A stretch of 64,000 nt of DNA from an archaeon CG10_big_fil_rev_8_21_14_0_10_43_11 (GCA_002763265.1 PEZQ01000006.1:94141-158140); one strand, 5' to 3'. Positions 30,076 through 41,001 are shown, counted from the first letter of the stretch. Notes: generated by a model from the sequence alone, not told the origin. A program made the numbers and translations.

Positions 30076-30930
30076 TTACGCGAGACCAAATGCGCTTGCA
30101 ATCAGATTTTCGCTGTTTGTGCTCTTACCATACACGCCACGACAGAGTTTTACGCTAAAAACGCCCGCATGCTTTTCCGGGTCTTGGTTGAGTCCTGTGT
30201 TCTTTGGGTATGCAATAAACACCGGTGTCCTGCCCTGAAACGTGGTCTCAACAAAGCTTGACGAACAGCCCACATACTCCTCATACGAGCCGCCAGCCCA
30301 ATCACCGGTGTAACCAAGCACGTCAGGCTCAAACGGCGCCTTTGTAAGCCCCTCATACGACGTGAAATTATACTCTTCTCCAGTTTCCAAGTCCTTGAAC
30401 CGTGCCTCATAGGTTAAGAAGAGTCCTGAAATGCAAGGCTCGCGAGCGCACGAGACTACGCATCGGTTTGAAATGCATTGCTGGGGTCTGCCATCTCTTG
30501 ACTCCCCACAATTAATGCCCACCGCGGGTGTGAGGCCAAACAAGGAAGGTACGAGTTCTCCGCACAAGTTGAATGTTGAATCTGATGACGGAATTAATAA
30601 ATCCCACAACTCAGTGTAGCGCAAACAATTCTGGTTCCATGCATTAAAAAACTTGGTAACATCAACGAGTCCGGGATATGTTTGTGAAGTGAGACGGGAG
30701 CTCCCCTGTGCGTAATCAATGTGAAATTGTTCGTAAGCAAAGCAATTTGGACTATTAATAAAAATCTGAGAGAGCGTGTCAAGCTTTGTCTCATCAAGGG
30801 CATTTGACACTTCGAAATTCACGCCTGACGCCCTGCTAAGCACAAAAAACACGACAAGCAGCCAAATAAGCAGGTCAAGTATTTCACGAATCACATAAGG
30901 CATTACCGTGCTCATGAACTTCCTCCGCAC
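30076..30930 (-). CDS. membrane-anchored Cys-rich extracellular protein (locus 2, last gene)
   Basis: N-terminal TM anchor, 10+ Cys; 19-nt overlap with upstream gene. Confidence 0.45.
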   Translation of the reverse strand: MRRKFMSTVMPYVIREILDLLIWLLVVFFVLSRASGVNFEVSNALDETKLDTLSQIFINSPNCFAYEQFHIDYAQGSSRLTSQTYPGLVDVTKFFNAWNQNCLRYTELWDLLIPSSDSTFNLCGELVPSLFGLTPAVGINCGESRDGRPQQCISNRCVVSCAREPCISGLFLTYEARFKDLETGEEYNFTSYEGLTKAPFEPDVLGYTGDWAGGSYEEYVGCSSSFVETTFQGRTPVFIAYPKNTGLNQDPEKHAGVFSVKLCRGVYGKSTNSENLIASAFGLA

Positions 30931-33137
30931 GTTGGTGTGCGCAACGTTATCGCGTCATTTTGTATGCAACAAATCTGTCCGCCACGCGTGCAATCCGGTG
31001 TGCTCAATGCCACGTAGTCTGCGCCATCCCCCCTGCACTCTCCGCGGTCACTGCAACAACACTCCTCAATAGGTTTGCAGGCTGCAGCAACGTTTGAAAA
31101 CCCGTCAAAACTAATGGGTTCGTAACGCGCAACAGGGTCGTACTCACCAACGCACGATATGCCTTTTCCCATGTACGCGTTTGCGTTAAGCGTGCGCGCG
31201 TTATCCGTTTTGTAGTAGTCAACAAAAAACAAGTTTGAGGGCGCGCTCGTATCACCCGAGAGCGCGTCAGTAATGTCATTTACTGCAGCAAAAGCACCCA
31301 AACCATAAGGAACAAGCGCAAACGTGCCTGCAGCACGAAGCAGTCCGCGAAAGTCAACGCCAACGTCAATCACGTTTTCGATGTCCGTAATTTTAAAATC
31401 AATGTTGGTAAGGGTTTGAGACTCACCCGCAGCATTCACGCATGTTTGACCGAGCAATTCGTTCACGTCAAAACAGTACAGGTTTGTATAACCATTAATA
31501 AAATCCGCTCTGGTTTGCGCGGGAATCCCTGTCTGCGTTTGCAGCGTGCGTGCCGCAGTCATGCGGTCAGGATGTGTGCAATCATTAAAGTCAGGAACGG
31601 GATTAAGCTCATCAGTAAGCAGGATGCTAAATGTTTGACCACCAATAGTGATTTCTTCATGCGGTCCGTTTTCGTAGATAATAGCGTTTGAAATTTCTTG
31701 TTCTGATGTAAATGTTTGGGAAGCAACTTCTGTTTCAGTGCTGTCAAACACGCTTATTGTTGTGCTTTGCTCAGTGCCAAAAACCGTAACAGCGTACACG
31801 TCAGCGTTTTGATCAATGACGCAAAGACTACTAGTTATCCCTTCTTTTGAAAGCATGGATTCAGTAAAGTCTTCGCAAAACGTTGTTGCACGAAAATCAA
31901 CGCCGCAACATGCACGCGCATCACTAAAACTGCCAAGCACGTAGTCGTCAATGTTTGTTGAGTCTTTTCTTCGAATGTCAAGCCATGAATCACGACATTC
32001 TGAGAATGCAAAGTCTTCATACGCGTTGATGAGCCGCTGCACGCATAGTACTGAATCAGAGTTTTGTGGCTTGTTTATCACATAGCCGGGAAAGAGGTTG
32101 AGCGAAACCGTGACCGGGTCCGTGCTTGTGCACGCGCGCTCAAGGCCGCGCATGACTTCAAGAAGGGGGTAAGTATCGTAGAACAACTGGTCTTGGGCAA
32201 CAAGGTCTGTTGTTGTACCGTGCGAAAAGTAAGAAACGTAATCGCGATTGATGGGTATGCGATAGTCGCAAATCGCGCTGTCAGTGCATTCTGATTCTCC
32301 TGAGGGATACCAGCGACAGTTATCGTTTTGCGTGCACGCACCTTGTGATGCGTATTGCTCGCATGCTTCAAAACAGCGCGAGCCTTGGGGCTGCCAGGAA
32401 CACACCTCATCGCGAAGCTCGCACGAGCACAGGTCATCACGCACTTCGCACCCGCACCCGCTTGAAAGCCCGAGAGCAGAACAACCACACGCGTCACTCT
32501 CAACGCCTCCCGATGCGTATGTGATAAATTGAACACCTTCACATTGACCGCGCGTTTTCCCATTGTAGTCCTCACACGTTGCGTTTCGTGAAAGGCTAAT
32601 TGATGATTTAAGTGAACAGTAGCCTGCCTGTGAGTCTTGACGCCGTATTGACGGAGTTTTGATAAGCGGGTTTTCAGGCGAGAAGAGTAAGTTCTTGTTT
32701 GCGAGGTAGGTGTCAAAAATGTTGAGCGAATCCGCTGCGCCAAGAAAAACAATAGGTGATTCATAATCTTTTTGCGGGTTAAGATAGTTAACAGCCCATT
32801 TTGTGTAAAGTGGAAAATTAATGCCTGAACTTGAGAGAATCGCAGCAGACGTTGGCTGGCGCTGAAGCGTGTCAACCACGTGACCGCGATACGAGAGCGT
32901 TGTAGCATCCTCCCATTTCATGTCAGGCAGGAGGCCATGATAATAAATACTAATCTTGTCAGGAACCGTGTACGTAATCTCATACAGGCTTGCAACATCA
33001 TAAAGAAGGCTGACCATTTTTGTTTGAATGTTTGTTGCCGGGTCAAGCCCGCCAAACGAACCGTAAATGGATGCTCCCAGAACTAGTGCTGACGTGATAA
33101 TGCCACCAATGTAATAGATAAGCAATTCTTGTGCCAT
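30912..33137 (-). CDS. membrane-anchored 741-aa Cys-rich extracellular protein (locus 2)
   Basis: N-terminal hydrophobic anchor; CGC/CSC clusters; CCCSDRGECRGDG C-terminal Cys knot. Confidence 0.5.
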   Translation of the reverse strand: MAQELLIYYIGGIITSALVLGASIYGSFGGLDPATNIQTKMVSLLYDVASLYEITYTVPDKISIYYHGLLPDMKWEDATTLSYRGHVVDTLQRQPTSAAILSSSGINFPLYTKWAVNYLNPQKDYESPIVFLGAADSLNIFDTYLANKNLLFSPENPLIKTPSIRRQDSQAGYCSLKSSISLSRNATCEDYNGKTRGQCEGVQFITYASGGVESDACGCSALGLSSGCGCEVRDDLCSCELRDEVCSWQPQGSRCFEACEQYASQGACTQNDNCRWYPSGESECTDSAICDYRIPINRDYVSYFSHGTTTDLVAQDQLFYDTYPLLEVMRGLERACTSTDPVTVSLNLFPGYVINKPQNSDSVLCVQRLINAYEDFAFSECRDSWLDIRRKDSTNIDDYVLGSFSDARACCGVDFRATTFCEDFTESMLSKEGITSSLCVIDQNADVYAVTVFGTEQSTTISVFDSTETEVASQTFTSEQEISNAIIYENGPHEEITIGGQTFSILLTDELNPVPDFNDCTHPDRMTAARTLQTQTGIPAQTRADFINGYTNLYCFDVNELLGQTCVNAAGESQTLTNIDFKITDIENVIDVGVDFRGLLRAAGTFALVPYGLGAFAAVNDITDALSGDTSAPSNLFFVDYYKTDNARTLNANAYMGKGISCVGEYDPVARYEPISFDGFSNVAAACKPIEECCCSDRGECRGDGADYVALSTPDCTRGGQICCIQNDAITLRTPTCGGSS

Positions 33138-33194
33138 ACGTATTCGCTCCCCTCTACGAGGAGTGTTTTTTGTTGTTTTTTAATGCTTGTTTTC

Positions 33195-36100
33195 TTACAA
33201 CCATCCAAACAGGAAGTCAACAACTCCTGAAACAATATCTACGCCAATATCAACTGCATCTTCAATTGTTTGTGCAGCGCCAGTTGCAAGCGCATTTGCC
33301 GCTTCTGCGACGGTATCAACAAATTCGGCGATTTCTTCGGCAAGCACGTCCAGGTCAAACACGTAAATGACAAAGTCAACAGCGCGCTGCGCGCCGCCAA
33401 TCACGCCTTTGTCAACCAAACATACGGTCAGCTCTATTGGCTGATTTGGAAAGTGATTTTTTCCGCACGTAAGCATGTCGCCAAGCCATGCCTGCGTGAC
33501 CGGCAGCAGGTTTTGGAACCTGCCAAGGATGCAGGCAAAACTGCCTAAATAATCAGTAAACGCGCCTTCAAGCCCGCATCGCCCAAACACGGATGGAATG
33601 GAAAACGGATCAAGAAGCGAGCCGAGGAAGCACACTGCCGTGTCCCAGCGCACGCCGCACGCGTACGCAGGCGCTTCACCGCATTTGCCTTCATACTGGT
33701 TCGTGCCTGTGTTGAATTCCCATACCCAGCGCTGGCCGTGTGGACAGCAATAATATTGAGGCTCTATTTCAGGTCTTAGAGGGTCAGCATCGTACACGCT
33801 TGTTCGCCCTGCAGGACAGCACACCCCTTGTTGTGTGGTCGTGTTTGTTCGTGAGTGTTCATACCCGCTTGGACAGCAATACCTGCTTTGTCCTCCATTA
33901 ACTTGAGAGTATGATGAGCCTTCGCATGCGCAGGCATCAACGGTTTTTGCCGCAACTTCTTTGAGCAGGTTGTTGTTTTTCGCGTTTGGAATCGTGGTAA
34001 GCACGCATCCTGATTCATCTGACGCTGTGCAGCTTGGTTGACAAACCACATTACCATCATGCGTATCCGCGCCGCGCACGAGTTCTCCGCGATATTTTTG
34101 TTTGCATGAAAGGTCAGCCCAGTTCTTACAGGGGTAGACAAGTTGTTGTGCTGATTCAAAAAGCACACAGAGGGGAGTTTCCCCGGTTGCATCGCCGCGC
34201 GCCCAAAAACAATACCCCTGCTCGCCAGATGGAAGTGTGTCTCCAGTTAAGGTTTTGCAGTCCCAATCAGCAACAGTTTCTCCGCTGCGCGTTCTACACT
34301 CATTATCGGTATAGCAACGCAGGCTTGCTCCATCAAACGTGTTTTGAATTACCGGCCCAGACCATGCACAATACGTGGTGCCGTCAGCTGCCGTGTTACA
34401 GCTTGGTGTTCCTAAGAGGCCAAGGCGTGCAATGTCTTGAGGACAATCGCTTGCCGTAGTGCATGAAAGGTATTGCTCATTTTCAATTTCATCATTGTTT
34501 GGCGCAAATGACGCGTAGTCATTGTCTTTTTCAAGATAAATATCACCCGGGCAGGTGAGACATGATTCTCCCTTGTCAGAGTCTAAAAAATCGTTTCCGC
34601 ATTGCGGCCAAATATCATATGAGAGAGTTCCTGATGCTACATCCTCAAAGACTTGTACGGGAAGCACTGTGTCTTCATCCGTAGCAAACACGCCAAGGTC
34701 ATAGTAGTAGTCGTATTCGCCGCAATATGCCCATTGCAGGCTGATGTCTTCACGACACACTTGCCCGGGATTAATTGATTTTGCAACGCGCGGGCTTGGT
34801 GTTGCGTCTCGCACGCATTTTTGTTCTTCTGGAGGAAATTGACAGCAGACATTATCATTTGCTGCATCACGCTGTACTGACTGGATGTTTGGTATTTCAA
34901 TTGTGTACGCGTAGCATTCATTGTCTTCAAAAACGCACGTGCGCGTCTGGCAAGTGAAACTATTGCTTTTCTTTTCACAGCGGGTTGCTTGAACAAATGT
35001 GTCTTGTGACGCGCACTGTGCTGCGCTTGTGCCGGGTTTTTCGCATTTGAGGGTTTGAGAATTGAGAGTGTAGCCGGTTGGACACGAGTATTGCACGTCC
35101 TGCAGGTAGCAGGAATCACCATAGTATTGTTTTGAATCAGTTTCAAACGTGATGCGGAAGTTTGGCTGGTTTGATGCTGATGCAATATTTGTATTTGAGG
35201 AATCAGTAAAAAGAAATTCGTTTATTCCTTCAGGATAGAGCACAAACCGGTTATCAACAAGGTCTTCAAAGGGTTGCTGGCTCACACTCACGCTTTGAGT
35301 CGAAGCACCCGTAGTAGTATCTGCAAGGTCAAGAAGCACCTCTGGCTGTTCGTTAATATAGGTGTACACGGTTGTTGAGCGCAGGTAGTCAAGCCCTTCA
35401 ATACCATCAATTTGCAGGGTTTCAGCGCCTACGTTTCCAATAAGAATGTAGCGTACCGGCTGGTTGATAAGAATAAGATGGTCATGAGCAGAGTTGTCAA
35501 CATCATATGATGAGAATTGCCCCCAGTTCGCGTTATTTGCATTATCAATTTTTATAAACACGCCAAGACGCGTTGTTTTCCCGCTTTCGGGCGTTTTTAA
35601 GCCGGTTATGCGTATTGAAGCAATGGTTTTGAGGTTTCCGCTTGCATCAACATTGTTTGATGTGTCTATTTTTGTCCAGTGATAGAATGTTTCCTGCAAA
35701 TCAATTGTTGCACACGTGCCTCCTGCTGCGGTTCGGTATTGAGTGTATTTTTTCTGGTTTCCATTGTCATAGATGCCCGTGTTCACATCTTTGCATTCTT
35801 CAATACAGTCTGAAATGCCATTATTGTTTGCATCAATGCCTTCATCAACCGGACCGTTCTGGTTGTTGTCAAGCCCGTCGCAAATTTCTGGCGCAGTTGG
35901 ATAAATATTAGCATTAGAGTCGTCCGCGTCCCCGTCACATTCCGTGTCGTAGCCATCCCCGTCAGCATCAGTTATTACTTCACGGTACACTGAGCATGAG
36001 AGCGTCTGGCAGCCACAGGTTGAACTACACGAGTTTGAGAGGTCAGCATAGTTGCGATACGTTCCGCTGTAACACCCATCTAAGTGGTCGCACTCAGTTG

Positions 36101-36521
36101 CATCACAATCACTGTTTGAATCGCATTCTGCGCCGCAAATTCCTTCATGGCATTGGTAGGTAGCGTCGCAATTGTATTTTCCGCACAGCGCGGATTTTTG
36201 GCCGCTGCAAAGCGTGCCGTCTCCTGATTCCCACCCATCACAAACCGTTACTGACGAGTCACAGTCTTTTTCGCAGCGTATAAACGTATTTGAATAATCA
36301 TGGTTGTCACCGCAAAAAATATTTCCTCCCTTGCTGCTGCACCCGCCATCCGTACTCCCACCGGACCAGCAACATCCGTTTGATGCCCACGCATCGGTAC
36401 ATGAATTCGCATACGCGCTTTGGAGTGCGCCAAGGCTTGCAAGAACAACAATGAATATGAAAAGTGTTCGGGTTCTCATTCGCTTCCCGCACCTCCTCCT
36501 TTTTGTGTTGAAAAAACGCAT
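33195..36521 (-). CDS. 1108-aa secreted Cys/Asp-rich protein with MopE-like putative metal-binding repeat
   Basis: Sec-type signal peptide (..ALQSAYA); DADGDGYDTECDGDADDSNANIYPTAPEICDGLDNNQNG matches the DxDxDG...C.D....PGA.E.CDG.DN.C 'putative metal-binding motif' (MopE-like). Confidence 0.55.
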   Translation of the reverse strand: MRFFNTKRRRCGKRMRTRTLFIFIVVLASLGALQSAYANSCTDAWASNGCCWSGGSTDGGCSSKGGNIFCGDNHDYSNTFIRCEKDCDSSVTVCDGWESGDGTLCSGQKSALCGKYNCDATYQCHEGICGAECDSNSDCDATECDHLDGCYSGTYRNYADLSNSCSSTCGCQTLSCSVYREVITDADGDGYDTECDGDADDSNANIYPTAPEICDGLDNNQNGPVDEGIDANNNGISDCIEECKDVNTGIYDNGNQKKYTQYRTAAGGTCATIDLQETFYHWTKIDTSNNVDASGNLKTIASIRITGLKTPESGKTTRLGVFIKIDNANNANWGQFSSYDVDNSAHDHLILINQPVRYILIGNVGAETLQIDGIEGLDYLRSTTVYTYINEQPEVLLDLADTTTGASTQSVSVSQQPFEDLVDNRFVLYPEGINEFLFTDSSNTNIASASNQPNFRITFETDSKQYYGDSCYLQDVQYSCPTGYTLNSQTLKCEKPGTSAAQCASQDTFVQATRCEKKSNSFTCQTRTCVFEDNECYAYTIEIPNIQSVQRDAANDNVCCQFPPEEQKCVRDATPSPRVAKSINPGQVCREDISLQWAYCGEYDYYYDLGVFATDEDTVLPVQVFEDVASGTLSYDIWPQCGNDFLDSDKGESCLTCPGDIYLEKDNDYASFAPNNDEIENEQYLSCTTASDCPQDIARLGLLGTPSCNTAADGTTYCAWSGPVIQNTFDGASLRCYTDNECRTRSGETVADWDCKTLTGDTLPSGEQGYCFWARGDATGETPLCVLFESAQQLVYPCKNWADLSCKQKYRGELVRGADTHDGNVVCQPSCTASDESGCVLTTIPNAKNNNLLKEVAAKTVDACACEGSSYSQVNGGQSRYCCPSGYEHSRTNTTTQQGVCCPAGRTSVYDADPLRPEIEPQYYCCPHGQRWVWEFNTGTNQYEGKCGEAPAYACGVRWDTAVCFLGSLLDPFSIPSVFGRCGLEGAFTDYLGSFACILGRFQNLLPVTQAWLGDMLTCGKNHFPNQPIELTVCLVDKGVIGGAQRAVDFVIYVFDLDVLAEEIAEFVDTVAEAANALATGAAQTIEDAVDIGVDIVSGVVDFLFGWL

Positions 36522-38239
36522 TGTTGGTTTTCATTGCAGCGATACAATGTTTTTCCTTCCACACACACGTCATCGTAACAGTCACTATCAGAACAGTCCG
36601 TACCGCCCGTGCCATCATTGTCAACGCCATCATAACAAATTTGTTCTGTGCACACGCCTTGTACTGATGAACAAATAGCGCCAGTGCCGCATGAAGCCCC
36701 ACCACAATTCGGGTCAGCGCAATCAATAAGCCCATCTTTGTCATCATCCACACCATTAACGCAGTTTGATTCAGGAGGAAGCGCAGTAGCAATTTGTGAG
36801 ATAGGCTGTTTGCTTCCCGGAATAGTAAAACTGCGCTTGTCTGTTGCCATAATCGGCGCAATGTCGCTTGTTCTGATAACGCCCACGCTACCGAGGTGTG
36901 TTGATTCAAAGATTTTTGCATCAAAAGGCAATTCGGTGATGGTGATAGTTGCTGAGTCAAACCACCACGCGTAATCAGGCGTGTTTTCAAGATTGCCAAA
37001 AGAAGCATAAATCGAGGAGATGCTGCCAGCGTAATCAAGATAGGTAAAGTCTTTTTCTGTGGTTCGAGAAACAAGCGCATGGGTGGTTTCTAAATAATTG
37101 CACAGGTACGCGGGCAGAGGAGTTGCAGAATAAAAGTTACACGCGCAATTCACATTTCCTCCGCCACACGTGTTTTCAAGCGTGTTAAACTCGCAGGTGT
37201 TTTTATCACCAATAACTTCTGCGCCTTTAATGCCAAACGCCCATTTGACCGGCGTGCTCAGATATTTGACCGTGCTAATATCAGCACTGCCAAGACCCAC
37301 GCGCAAGTCAGTAAACACAACAGAATCGCCAGGCACAAGGTTTGAGTTTTGTTGTGGAATAAAATACACTACAGTATCAACCCCTGCGCGCACGGGTTGT
37401 GTGATGTCGAGTATAATCGTGTTTCCTTTATCCTGATTGAATGACTGGCACATAACGGTCTCACCAGCGCGTGTGACGTGCACATGTTTTCCAGTCATGC
37501 ATGAGTCACAGGATGCATCATTTGTTCCGTCGCACAAGCCAATACGATATTGTTGTGAGCTTTCAATATTAACTGAACCAATACTTACCACAAAACTAAA
37601 GCCGTTTCGAAACGAGGGTACGCGCACGCTAAGCCGTCCGTTAAGAACAGCCCAGTTAGAATATGGTGAGAGCGGGATAGTTGCAGGATATGATTCAAAC
37701 ACATACTCATCTTCATAGCGAAACCGCGCACCATCCCAATAAAATAGTAGTTCGGGTGTTGTTGCTTGTGCGTCATCAAGAAATGTTGTGTGCACATATG
37801 ATTCTTCAACAGAAAACACGTCCCTGCATTGCCCGGGGCATTCTGCAAACGCGCGGGGAAGTGAGCAGTAGTCGCCTTTGCATTTGCACACGTTTGCGTA
37901 TGTGACACTTGATGCTTGTGAATAACAGATATAAAAGTTTTCAAATGAGTCGCAGGTCGTATCAGAACTGCACGTCCCTGCAAAGCAGTCCGCACAGGTT
38001 TGGTCATTTTCAGTTATCGCACAAATCGTGTTGTAGTCGCATTGTGTGCAGTCTTGTGAGCATGTTTGCGGGTTTTCATTGTATTCACACACGCCGTTTC
38101 CGCACGAATTTGAAAGCGCGCATTGCGCTCCTGACTCGCCGCTTGTACACCACCCGTCTGTTGATGAAAAGAGCGCGTGCGTTCCTGAAATGCTTACGAG
38201 TAAGCCAAGAACAGTGAGGACAAGCAGGACGGGTTTCAT
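36476..38239 (-). CDS. 587-aa secreted Cys-rich protein with C-terminal C.DG.D.D.DG..DC repeats
   Basis: Sec signal peptide; CVNGVDDDKDGLIDCADPNCG and CYDGVDNDGTGGTDCSDSDC repeats. Confidence 0.5.
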   Translation of the reverse strand: MKPVLLVLTVLGLLVSISGTHALFSSTDGWCTSGESGAQCALSNSCGNGVCEYNENPQTCSQDCTQCDYNTICAITENDQTCADCFAGTCSSDTTCDSFENFYICYSQASSVTYANVCKCKGDYCSLPRAFAECPGQCRDVFSVEESYVHTTFLDDAQATTPELLFYWDGARFRYEDEYVFESYPATIPLSPYSNWAVLNGRLSVRVPSFRNGFSFVVSIGSVNIESSQQYRIGLCDGTNDASCDSCMTGKHVHVTRAGETVMCQSFNQDKGNTIILDITQPVRAGVDTVVYFIPQQNSNLVPGDSVVFTDLRVGLGSADISTVKYLSTPVKWAFGIKGAEVIGDKNTCEFNTLENTCGGGNVNCACNFYSATPLPAYLCNYLETTHALVSRTTEKDFTYLDYAGSISSIYASFGNLENTPDYAWWFDSATITITELPFDAKIFESTHLGSVGVIRTSDIAPIMATDKRSFTIPGSKQPISQIATALPPESNCVNGVDDDKDGLIDCADPNCGGASCGTGAICSSVQGVCTEQICYDGVDNDGTGGTDCSDSDCYDDVCVEGKTLYRCNENQQCVFSTQKGGGAGSE

Positions 38240-41001
38240 TATTGTTTCACCATCACTCCATTATTGCATCGGTAGGTTGCGTCATACAGGTTCGCACTCC
38301 ACGTGTCTCCTGCATCGCACATCTTGCACTGGCCGCTTCCTGATGAGAAATCACAATACCCCGCAAGCCCGTCTGAAAAACCATTCGGGTCACAGTAACG
38401 GTCGTCACTTATGCAGGACTGACCATCAACGCCTCGCAAGACCCATTGCGTTAAACCTTCTTTTTCAACGCAATAGAGCGTGGCGTTTTGGGTTGTTGTT
38501 ATGGTTCTGCCAATGCCAAACACGCTTGTGCACTCGTTGCAAGATTCAGTGTTCTTAACGCACGCACTTCGAAGCCCGTTTGTAGCAAGATTTGAATCGC
38601 ATACCTGATTGTCAACCATTCCAGTATCGGTGCACGCTGTTTCTGGTGGTGCGAGGATTTCAACCCATCCTTGAGATGGTGTGCATTCATGTTCAGTGTC
38701 AGTGCTGTCAAACAGGAATTGCCCTTGCAGTGAACCCGTACAGTGGGTGCACACGCTATTTTGAGTTTGTGGCTGGTACACGCAAATGCTGTCTTGGCCG
38801 CGTGTTGCAAGGTCAACATCGCAATCACTGTTTTTCGTGCAAGAAGCGCCATTTGGTGCAAGAAGCGCAGCCTCATTGAGCTGTGTTTGAAGCAGGTCAT
38901 AAACAGAGAGCCAGTTTGTTAGCAGATTTCTTCTTTCAAGCTCGTTTACGTCAGTTTTCCAGAACAAGCGCGTAATGCAGGTTTCAAGCATTATTTCAAC
39001 GCGGCCAGGGTCTCTGAGCTCTTGGGCAGGGTCAACTTGGCTTCCTGTGTAACACCCGCAAGGGTCGCTTGGTTTTACGCACACGCCGCGCACAACATCG
39101 CGAAATGTTTGGTCAGCAAAGCTTCTGCTATCACTTACTGCACCATTCTGGCACGACGTGCACGCGGTTCGCACGAGTTGGTAGTTGAGGGTTTCTCCTG
39201 CATCAACACTCAGTTGTGATTTGTCCTCATCTGCAAAATGCAGGGTAAAACCCTGATATATCATGTTTTGATTTTGTTGTGTATTAATTGAGTCAAGCAC
39301 AAGCGTGTTAATTGTATCTTCAAAGCACGCGAACGGAGGGTTTTGCGCGTTTTGCCTGTCTTGTATGTGATACGAGTTGCAGCGATTGTTTTGGATGGTG
39401 CACGTGGTTTGCACGCTTTGAGGAATAACGTCTGATGTCCATACCTCGCCTGATTCTTTTGCCTGAGTCCAGGACGCAAGGTTACACGTTTTTGTTGGGG
39501 GCTCGTAACGAATAGTACAGCAGGCGTCATCCTTGTACGCAAGCGGTTCGTTTGGGTTACAGGTATTGCTTGCCCGAAGCAAATACCACTTCCATCGCGT
39601 TGCTTCTGACTCGCCAAAGAGTATTTCTTGTGAGGGAATTTCAACCATGTTCCCGTCAAGTGCTCTTCCTAACGTTTGAGGGTACCAACCCACGTGCGCG
39701 CATTCCAAATCGCTAGAAGAAACAGTAAGCAATCCATTCTCATCAGTACAGGTTTTTCCTGCAGGACATTCCCAGTCATCGCACGCGCATACAAATCGTT
39801 TGTCAGTAGGGATATTTTCTTCTTTTGGACAGTCAATCTCGCACGTATCTTTTGGCGTGAAGCATCCGGGCGTGTTTGAAAGCTGCGGGTTCATGCACAC
39901 AAAAAAGCAGCCATTCATAACCCCGTCAATCTGGCACGTGTTTGGGTTACACCCGCTTGCTTCTGCCATAAATGTGCAATAAAGTGCACGAAGAGAATAT
40001 TCATCAGATGATTCAAGATAACTGAGCGCAAGTTGTGTTTCAGTGTCAAACGTGGTATCGCCTGCAATAGTTGATTCGCACTCATTTTGCTGGCAGTTTT
40101 GTGCAAGAAGAATATCTCCGCTAATCGTGCGGTACGGTTCAAGGGCTTGTTCGACATAGGTATGGTACGCATTTGTGTTGACAAAGCTTTGCACGCTTCG
40201 GTAGAGGCGGGAAAAAGGCGTGGTGACCTCGCTTGAAACAATAACATCAAATTCATATGTGAGCAGGGGTTTATTTACTTGTGAAACAGGAACATCTCCA
40301 TAATCAAAACTGATACCACCTTGCGCGCTTGCAACGCGCCAGTCTGCAACAAACGAGTCTGAGCCTGCAGTGAGCCCTTTTACAATAAGGTCATAGGCAA
40401 GGTCAAGTGCAATGTTTGCGGTTTGTTTAAGATACGCAATAACACCGGTTGGTTTTTGGTAGAAGTCTTGTGCAAGGTTAAGAAAATTTTCTTTAACAAA
40501 ATCAAAAGGAGGATAATCAATGCAAGTAATATCCCTGCATGTCCCGTTTGGACAGTCTTTGACAAAGTTTTGTCCATAGTACTGCGAATCAGTATCATAG
40601 CGAAGCGAATAGTACGGCACGTCTTTTTCAGGCACAAAACGTGTCTCAACGGTTTTTTTGCCGCACGCGTACGTTAGCTCTCCAGCAGGACTCGTTGCAG
40701 TATCACTGTATCCTGTCTCTCCAGGAGCAAGCCGTGTTGCTTTTTCAAAAGAAAGACCAAAGCCACCGCGTGATGCAATGTAAAAGATTGAGCGGTCCAT
40801 CACGTAGTTTCGTTCCTGTTGCAAAAGAAGTTTGACTGTTTCTGCTTGCGAGACCGCGTTGAGTACTGCTTCTTTATAGTTTGGAACCCCGCTTGTACTT
40901 GAAAGCCGAAAAGCAAACGTTCCCATGGCGTATCCAAGTATGATTGCAATAGCAAGGGTAGTGACTGCTGATGCAATGATTTGCCCGCGTCGCGACATCA
41001 A
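38239..41001 (-). CDS. 920-aa giant pilin-like / adhesin-like protein with class III signal peptide
   Basis: MMSRRG|QIIASAVTTLAIAIILG N-terminus; ~50 Cys in the body. Confidence 0.5.
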   Translation of the reverse strand: MMSRRGQIIASAVTTLAIAIILGYAMGTFAFRLSSTSGVPNYKEAVLNAVSQAETVKLLLQQERNYVMDRSIFYIASRGGFGLSFEKATRLAPGETGYSDTATSPAGELTYACGKKTVETRFVPEKDVPYYSLRYDTDSQYYGQNFVKDCPNGTCRDITCIDYPPFDFVKENFLNLAQDFYQKPTGVIAYLKQTANIALDLAYDLIVKGLTAGSDSFVADWRVASAQGGISFDYGDVPVSQVNKPLLTYEFDVIVSSEVTTPFSRLYRSVQSFVNTNAYHTYVEQALEPYRTISGDILLAQNCQQNECESTIAGDTTFDTETQLALSYLESSDEYSLRALYCTFMAEASGCNPNTCQIDGVMNGCFFVCMNPQLSNTPGCFTPKDTCEIDCPKEENIPTDKRFVCACDDWECPAGKTCTDENGLLTVSSSDLECAHVGWYPQTLGRALDGNMVEIPSQEILFGESEATRWKWYLLRASNTCNPNEPLAYKDDACCTIRYEPPTKTCNLASWTQAKESGEVWTSDVIPQSVQTTCTIQNNRCNSYHIQDRQNAQNPPFACFEDTINTLVLDSINTQQNQNMIYQGFTLHFADEDKSQLSVDAGETLNYQLVRTACTSCQNGAVSDSRSFADQTFRDVVRGVCVKPSDPCGCYTGSQVDPAQELRDPGRVEIMLETCITRLFWKTDVNELERRNLLTNWLSVYDLLQTQLNEAALLAPNGASCTKNSDCDVDLATRGQDSICVYQPQTQNSVCTHCTGSLQGQFLFDSTDTEHECTPSQGWVEILAPPETACTDTGMVDNQVCDSNLATNGLRSACVKNTESCNECTSVFGIGRTITTTQNATLYCVEKEGLTQWVLRGVDGQSCISDDRYCDPNGFSDGLAGYCDFSSGSGQCKMCDAGDTWSANLYDATYRCNNGVMVKQ

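Noticed and set aside
31004-38007. Many long ORFs on the + strand opposite the giant minus-strand genes (for example 32078-32908, 33776-34192, 34637-35185, 36307-37080, 37585-38007, 51584-52087)
   Set aside because: They are antisense to strongly supported genes and their translations are low-complexity and rich in R/H/Q/T. They are the expected artefact of GC- and Cys-codon-rich coding DNA.
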